A stretch of 64,000 nt of DNA from Vicugna vicugna. Its lineage: Eukaryota. The stretch's first letter is position 1, and each line of letters opens with the position of its first letter. Where the stretch lies: NCBI GenBank assembly GCA_013265495.1, contig MU061578.1, forward strand, positions 3,233,308 to 3,297,307. Direction: 5' to 3'. Below the pieces are notes generated by a model. It saw nothing but the letters and a program-made list of their open reading frames with translations, did not search any database and was not told where the DNA came from. Made by a program: the position numbers and the translations under genes. This document shows, piece after piece, positions 59,721 through 64,000 of this stretch.

Positions 59721-62241
59721 GAGCCTCTGGGTCCTTCCTTGAGGCGCCTGCCACTGGCCCCTCCTCCCTGTCTCCTCTGAGCTCTGTCTTTCTTGCTAAA
59801 GATTTCCCTCAAACCACAGAGGTGCTGTCTATTTGTGCTGGAGTGGCGGCTCACAGCTGGCACGGGCCTCTGGCCAGCGTGCGAGTGGGCAGTGCTGCCC
59901 ATGGCAGCTGGCTAGTTTCCCCAGAGTGGAGTCCTGCCTAGTGCCAGCGTTCCAGGGCTGTGCCAGGCCTGCTGTATTGTTCAGACTGTGCTGCAGTCTC
60001 TGTTTGTAGGCCCATGTGTCCTGAGTCAGAGTTGTGGTGGAGACCCCTCCCCCTCTGCACTCATCTCTTCTGCCCCTCAGGGGCCGTCCTGACCAGCTCT
60101 CCAGCACCCTGATGTTTCCTTTCTGGTGCTTTCTTCTGCTCTGTGTGTCCTTGAGGGTGTAAACCATTTATTTTTTTTTTTCTCATTTTAAGCGCTTGGG
60201 ATCCAGAGGAAGCAGAGGTGAATCCATCACCCTCCTCACTTGCTCTCTCCATCACCCTCTTAGAAAAGCCCTTTAGAAAAGTCTTAGGAACATAGTATTA
60301 ATTCCAAACCCCACTTTGATTATAGTTTTAGCATTACCTTCCTTCTCACGCCCATCTTTTACCTGAACAGGCTACAGCTGGTGAGACTAAGAAAGGTAGA
60401 ACTCCCACTATCCTGTCTTCTCAGACTCCCCCATCAGGGACACAGGTGGACCCAACAGCCACCAGGGCCCGAGCCACCTGGGCTGCTGGGCTTCGTGGCC
60501 ACTGCTCTCAGAATTTGATTTTTCCTTCACAGATACCCTTTGGTATAAAACAAGCCCAACCCGCAGGTATTTGTAGTTAACAAACAGTCATATTCCGCTG
60601 TCTGGACACACATCCTCACATACAAATGCAATTTTAACCTGCTGCTATTTTGCCCTTAAAACTGCCTCCAGACGTCTAACAAAACCCGAAATGCCTGCTG
60701 CTGGCCATGTTTCAGCCCTTGTGTATGGTTGGGTTGTGGCTGGGTCGTGGGTTTGGGAGCCACCAGCTCTGACCTCTGACCTGGTGGTGGGCCTTGACTG
60801 GATGCAGATGGCTCCACAGTCGGTGTGCCTGGGCTCCGATGACATTTCAGGTGCAATTCCAGCACCTGCTTGTCCACCTGCCAGATGTGACCTGCCTCCC
60901 TGTAGGGTGAATCAGGCACTCCCCCAGTCCCTTCTGCTACTGGGTCTCCTGAGTAGGGGTGAGTTTAAATAAACAAGCTCCCCACTCACCACTCCAGGAA
61001 CCTTGGCCTTACCCTGAGGTGGCCATGTGCTAGGGCCCCACCCTGGGTGTCTGGGGACCATGTCCTTGGATTCAGACTTTGGGAAGTGCACTGAACCCCT
61101 GGTAAGACCTCAGGATTGAGTGACAGCCCCCCTGGCCATGGCCTTTTCTCAGGGTGGCCTCCAGGCCTGGGGCAAACACCTTCCTGCCCCAGGAATGGCA
61201 ACAGGAGCTCACATTTGGGTCAGGGTCGTGGGTGTTTAAGAGGAGCGATTTGGCAGGAACATGGTGGTCCCGTCTGCCTCCTGCCCTTTGGGTTCAGCGC
61301 CAGTTTAGGAATCAAATGAAATCTATAGAAAGGTACTCATATGTTCCTCTCACCCAGCCCAGGGCACAGTCTGGGGACTCATGATCCCCGGCAATGAAGA
61401 TGCCCTTCTTTTTTGTTTCACTTGGAGCATTTCTAGGAAAAAATTGAAGAAAGGTACCAGCTCAGTCAGTACTAGAAAGGACATAGAACTTTTTGCAGTT
61501 AATAAAGAGAAAGTTTTTAAGAACATTTTATAACAATGTGCTGTGTCCTTAGCAGAGCTGATTCTACAGCAGAGTGAGGGGAGTAGCTTCCTCCAGGTCA
61601 CACAGCTTGGAGACTTGTCCCGGGTAAATGTGAGCCAATACAACATCACCACAGCTGTGTCTGCAGAGCACCTCCTAAGGTACTAGCAGCCGAGGAGCAA
61701 AGGAAGGAGCTCTGAGGGTATGGCCTGGTCCACCTGAGCCTGGGCTGCATGGCACCCGACATGCCCACAGCTGGAGACCTGGCTGCCCTGGGGCTCTCAC
61801 TGCCACTGCCCCAAGATGTGCACCTGAAAGTCAGAGGTGGAGGATGCATGTAGGTGATGGTGTGCCGAGAAGTCATGACACTGAATTAATGTTTCATGCA
61901 GCTCAGTGCAGGATGAGATGATTTCTTATCACGGAGAGGCGTGACATCCTGTTTTATTGCCCGAGTACAAAGTACCCTCGCCCAGTAGCTCGCAGGGAAC
62001 GGGGCTGGGGCCGGGCCTGTTGGGCCCCACAGGCTGCGGCCTGCTGGCCCAGCCCCTCAGGAAAGTGTCCTGCCTGGAAGTACCTCAGTGGAAACCTGGC
62101 CCCTGCTGCTGGTTCTGCCCTTCAGACTGGCCTGGGGGTGCTCATGTTCATAGGACTGGCTGCTCGGTCATCCCCCTTGTTTGCTATCCTTGTTCTGCTG
62201 AAGGGCCATCTCTGGACGGAGCTGTCCTTTCTTCTCCACAG

Positions 62242-62335
62242 GCACCTACACCAGTCGGGGGCCCTGACCATGGAGGCCCTGCAGGACCCTGCCCCAGACC
62301 CCACAGAGTGCATGGAAGAGGACATTGCTGACAAG
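62242..62335 (+). CDS. RAB11FIP3: RAB11FIP3 exon 7 (94 nt; HLHQSGALTMEALQDPAPDPTECMEEDIADK)
   Basis: cttctccacag|GCACC … ACAAG|gtaggc; phase 2 to 0. Confidence 0.95.
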
Positions 62336-63193
62336 GTAGGCCCTGGACGGGTGGCAGGGCCCATGGCAGGGTGTGTGGAGCGAGGTGTGGAGAGAGCTCA
62401 GCAGGAGGCGGTGATAGCACTGTCGGGGCTGGTGAGACCTCCACCAGCCCTGATGCTCTCCAGCAGATTTCCTCAGGTGTCAGTGGTCATGGGACAGACA
62501 GGAGCGTTTCATGTTGTACAAGGAGAGGTGACAGGGAGGACGGGAACAGCCTGTGTGAACGTGTGGGTCAGCTGAGTGTGCACCAGACCCTGGGGGCACT
62601 CAGCCTGCAATGGTCCCTGAGCCAGGACGGTGGAATGGCTGCTCCTGAGAGGTCACCTGGGTCAGGGCAGCCTCACTATAGCCAAGGCCCCAAGGCTTCA
62701 GGACCAGCTCCAGCAGAAGTGCAGAGGCAGGGGGACAGCAGACCCCTCACCTCCTCCCCAACCCCTACCTCCTCCTGGACCTCCTCTCTACAGCACCTCC
62801 AGCATCTCACGCTCTGCAGAGCCTTCCCCGGCTCTCCAGGATGGCCATCACACTTCCCATCACCTGTTGTGCATGCCTGTCTCCTGTCTAGTTAATGAGC
62901 TCCTGGAGGAGGGTGGGACCAAACCCTGGGGCTTTCTGTCACTTGCACCCTGGGTGCGTATTGCCTCCATAGTCTGGGTGTGGCTGAGCCTCAGCCCCTG
63001 TGTGTGGGGGCCCCTGGTGATGTCTGCCCCTGTGGTTTGTGGGCCCAGCATATCCCTGTCCTCACCAGTGCCCATCGGGCTGCACTGCCTTGTTTGTGGG
63101 ATAGTCTCCATGAACAAGACGGACCCAGCTCCAGCCTCATGGGCACAGACCACTCCGCCTCCTTGATTGTCAAGCCGCTGTCTCGCTCCCCAG

Positions 63194-63297
63194 GTTGTCT
63201 TCCTGGAGAAGCGAGTGTCAGAGCTGGAAAAGGACACGGCTGCAAGTGGGGAGCAGCACAGCCGGCTGAGGCAGGAGAACCTGCAGCTCGTGCACAG
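63194..63297 (+). CDS. RAB11FIP3: RAB11FIP3 exon 8 (104 nt; VVFLEKRVSELEKDTAASGEQHSRLRQENLQLVHR; start of coiled coil)
   Basis: gctccccag|GTTGT … CACAG|gtgggc; phase 0 to 2. Confidence 0.96.
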
Positions 63298-64000
63298 GTG
63301 GGCACGGGCGGGAGGGCTGCAGTCTCCCTGGCGGCGGGCCTGCTGCTGTCCTACAAGGGGACACCTGACCCACCTCGAAGTGTGAGGGTCCTCTCGGGCA
63401 CTTAGCGGCAGAAACAAGCCCCAAGTGGGAGCCTCAAGCTCCAAGTCAGCAATAAAAGCCAAGTGGAAGGTGGTAGGGAGAGGGGTGCTTCCCTGTCTCC
63501 TGTTCTGCAGACTTTTCAGAGCAGATGGTGCCCTTTTCAGTGTCAGGAAGCCAGTCATGACGTGAACCTCAGAGCAGTGCTTCTGCAAAGTACGAGCTGT
63601 GGGGACACACTGCTTCTGGGGCCAAGCTGGTGGGCACCGGAGGCTGGAAGCGCTGTGCGCGTGGCATGTTTTTGCCAGGTGGCTATTGAGGCCTGGCTCT
63701 GCTCGGGCTCCTCCCCAACGACCCAGCACCGGGCGTGTGCACCGTGGCTACTGGACCCCTGCCTTACTTCCCACCCTGGGCGAGGCTGGCCTTCATGACC
63801 TGTCCTCTGGTGTCAGGAAGGCAATCTGCTCTCTGGAGGCTTAGAGCTGGGGTGCAGCATGTCATCGTGGGCTCCTCCACACACTGCTTTGAGGGCTGGG
63901 TTTCCAGTGCCGCACCAAGAATGTGATGCATCTCCAGAGACACTCTTCCTCCTTCCCCATCCTTGTCCAGGGATCTGGGTGGGCCACCAGATCCTTTCTC

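Larger units (their letters stand above)
34560..63297 (+). other. RAB11FIP3: RAB11FIP3 gene, partial (coding exons 2-8 plus cassette exon; the gene extends beyond both window ends)
   Basis: Eight exons with canonical acceptors and compatible phases (0-1-0-2-2-2-2-0-2) join into one stop-free frame. The peptide matches recalled mammalian RAB11FIP3 (…LDPSGLGVISFEDF…ANEVTDSAYMGSESTYSECETF…PTKRLSSKKVAR…VVFLEKRVSELEKD…LVHR). Exon sizes 94/150/36/94/104 match recalled human sizes. Confidence 0.97.

Noticed and set aside
62860-63729. 289-aa antisense ORF and the many 60-180-aa ORFs in the GC-rich half
   Set aside because: No recognisable domain or splice structure; long chance ORFs are expected in GC-rich DNA and antisense to real exons.
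1-64000. CRISPR arrays, operons, prokaryotic or viral systems, NUMTs, telomeric arrays
   Set aside because: None seen; the window is mammalian intron/exon sequence with ordinary repeat content.

Overview
Mammalian intronic DNA containing the middle of RAB11FIP3 (Rab11 family-interacting protein 3 / arfophilin-1 / eferin) on the + strand. The species is most likely a camelid: there are ten copies of a tRNA-Ala-derived SINE resembling the camelid vic-1 family, and I saw no Alu, B1/B2, PRE-1, CHR or Bov-A SINEs. The window starts inside intron 1. It holds coding exons 2-8 (human numbering, recalled) plus a 135-nt cassette exon, and all join in one open frame with correct splice phases. Exon 1 and the 3' exons (Rab11-binding domain) lie outside the window. 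Intron 1 carries an antisense, intronless RNF11 retrocopy whose ORF is still open but whose RING zinc ligands and PY motif are lost. The rest is LINE-1/L2 relics, MaLR/ERVL LTRs, Tigger/Charlie/MER5 DNA-transposon fossils, SINEs, microsatellites and six short N gaps. I see no new multi-gene system. The most interesting points are an apparent 54-nt in-frame deletion in exon 4, the CxxC-containing cassette exon, the RNF11 retrocopy, a GC-AG intron, and three unannotated micro-exon candidates around exons 5-7. Comparisons with human proteins and repeat consensi are from memory, not database searches.
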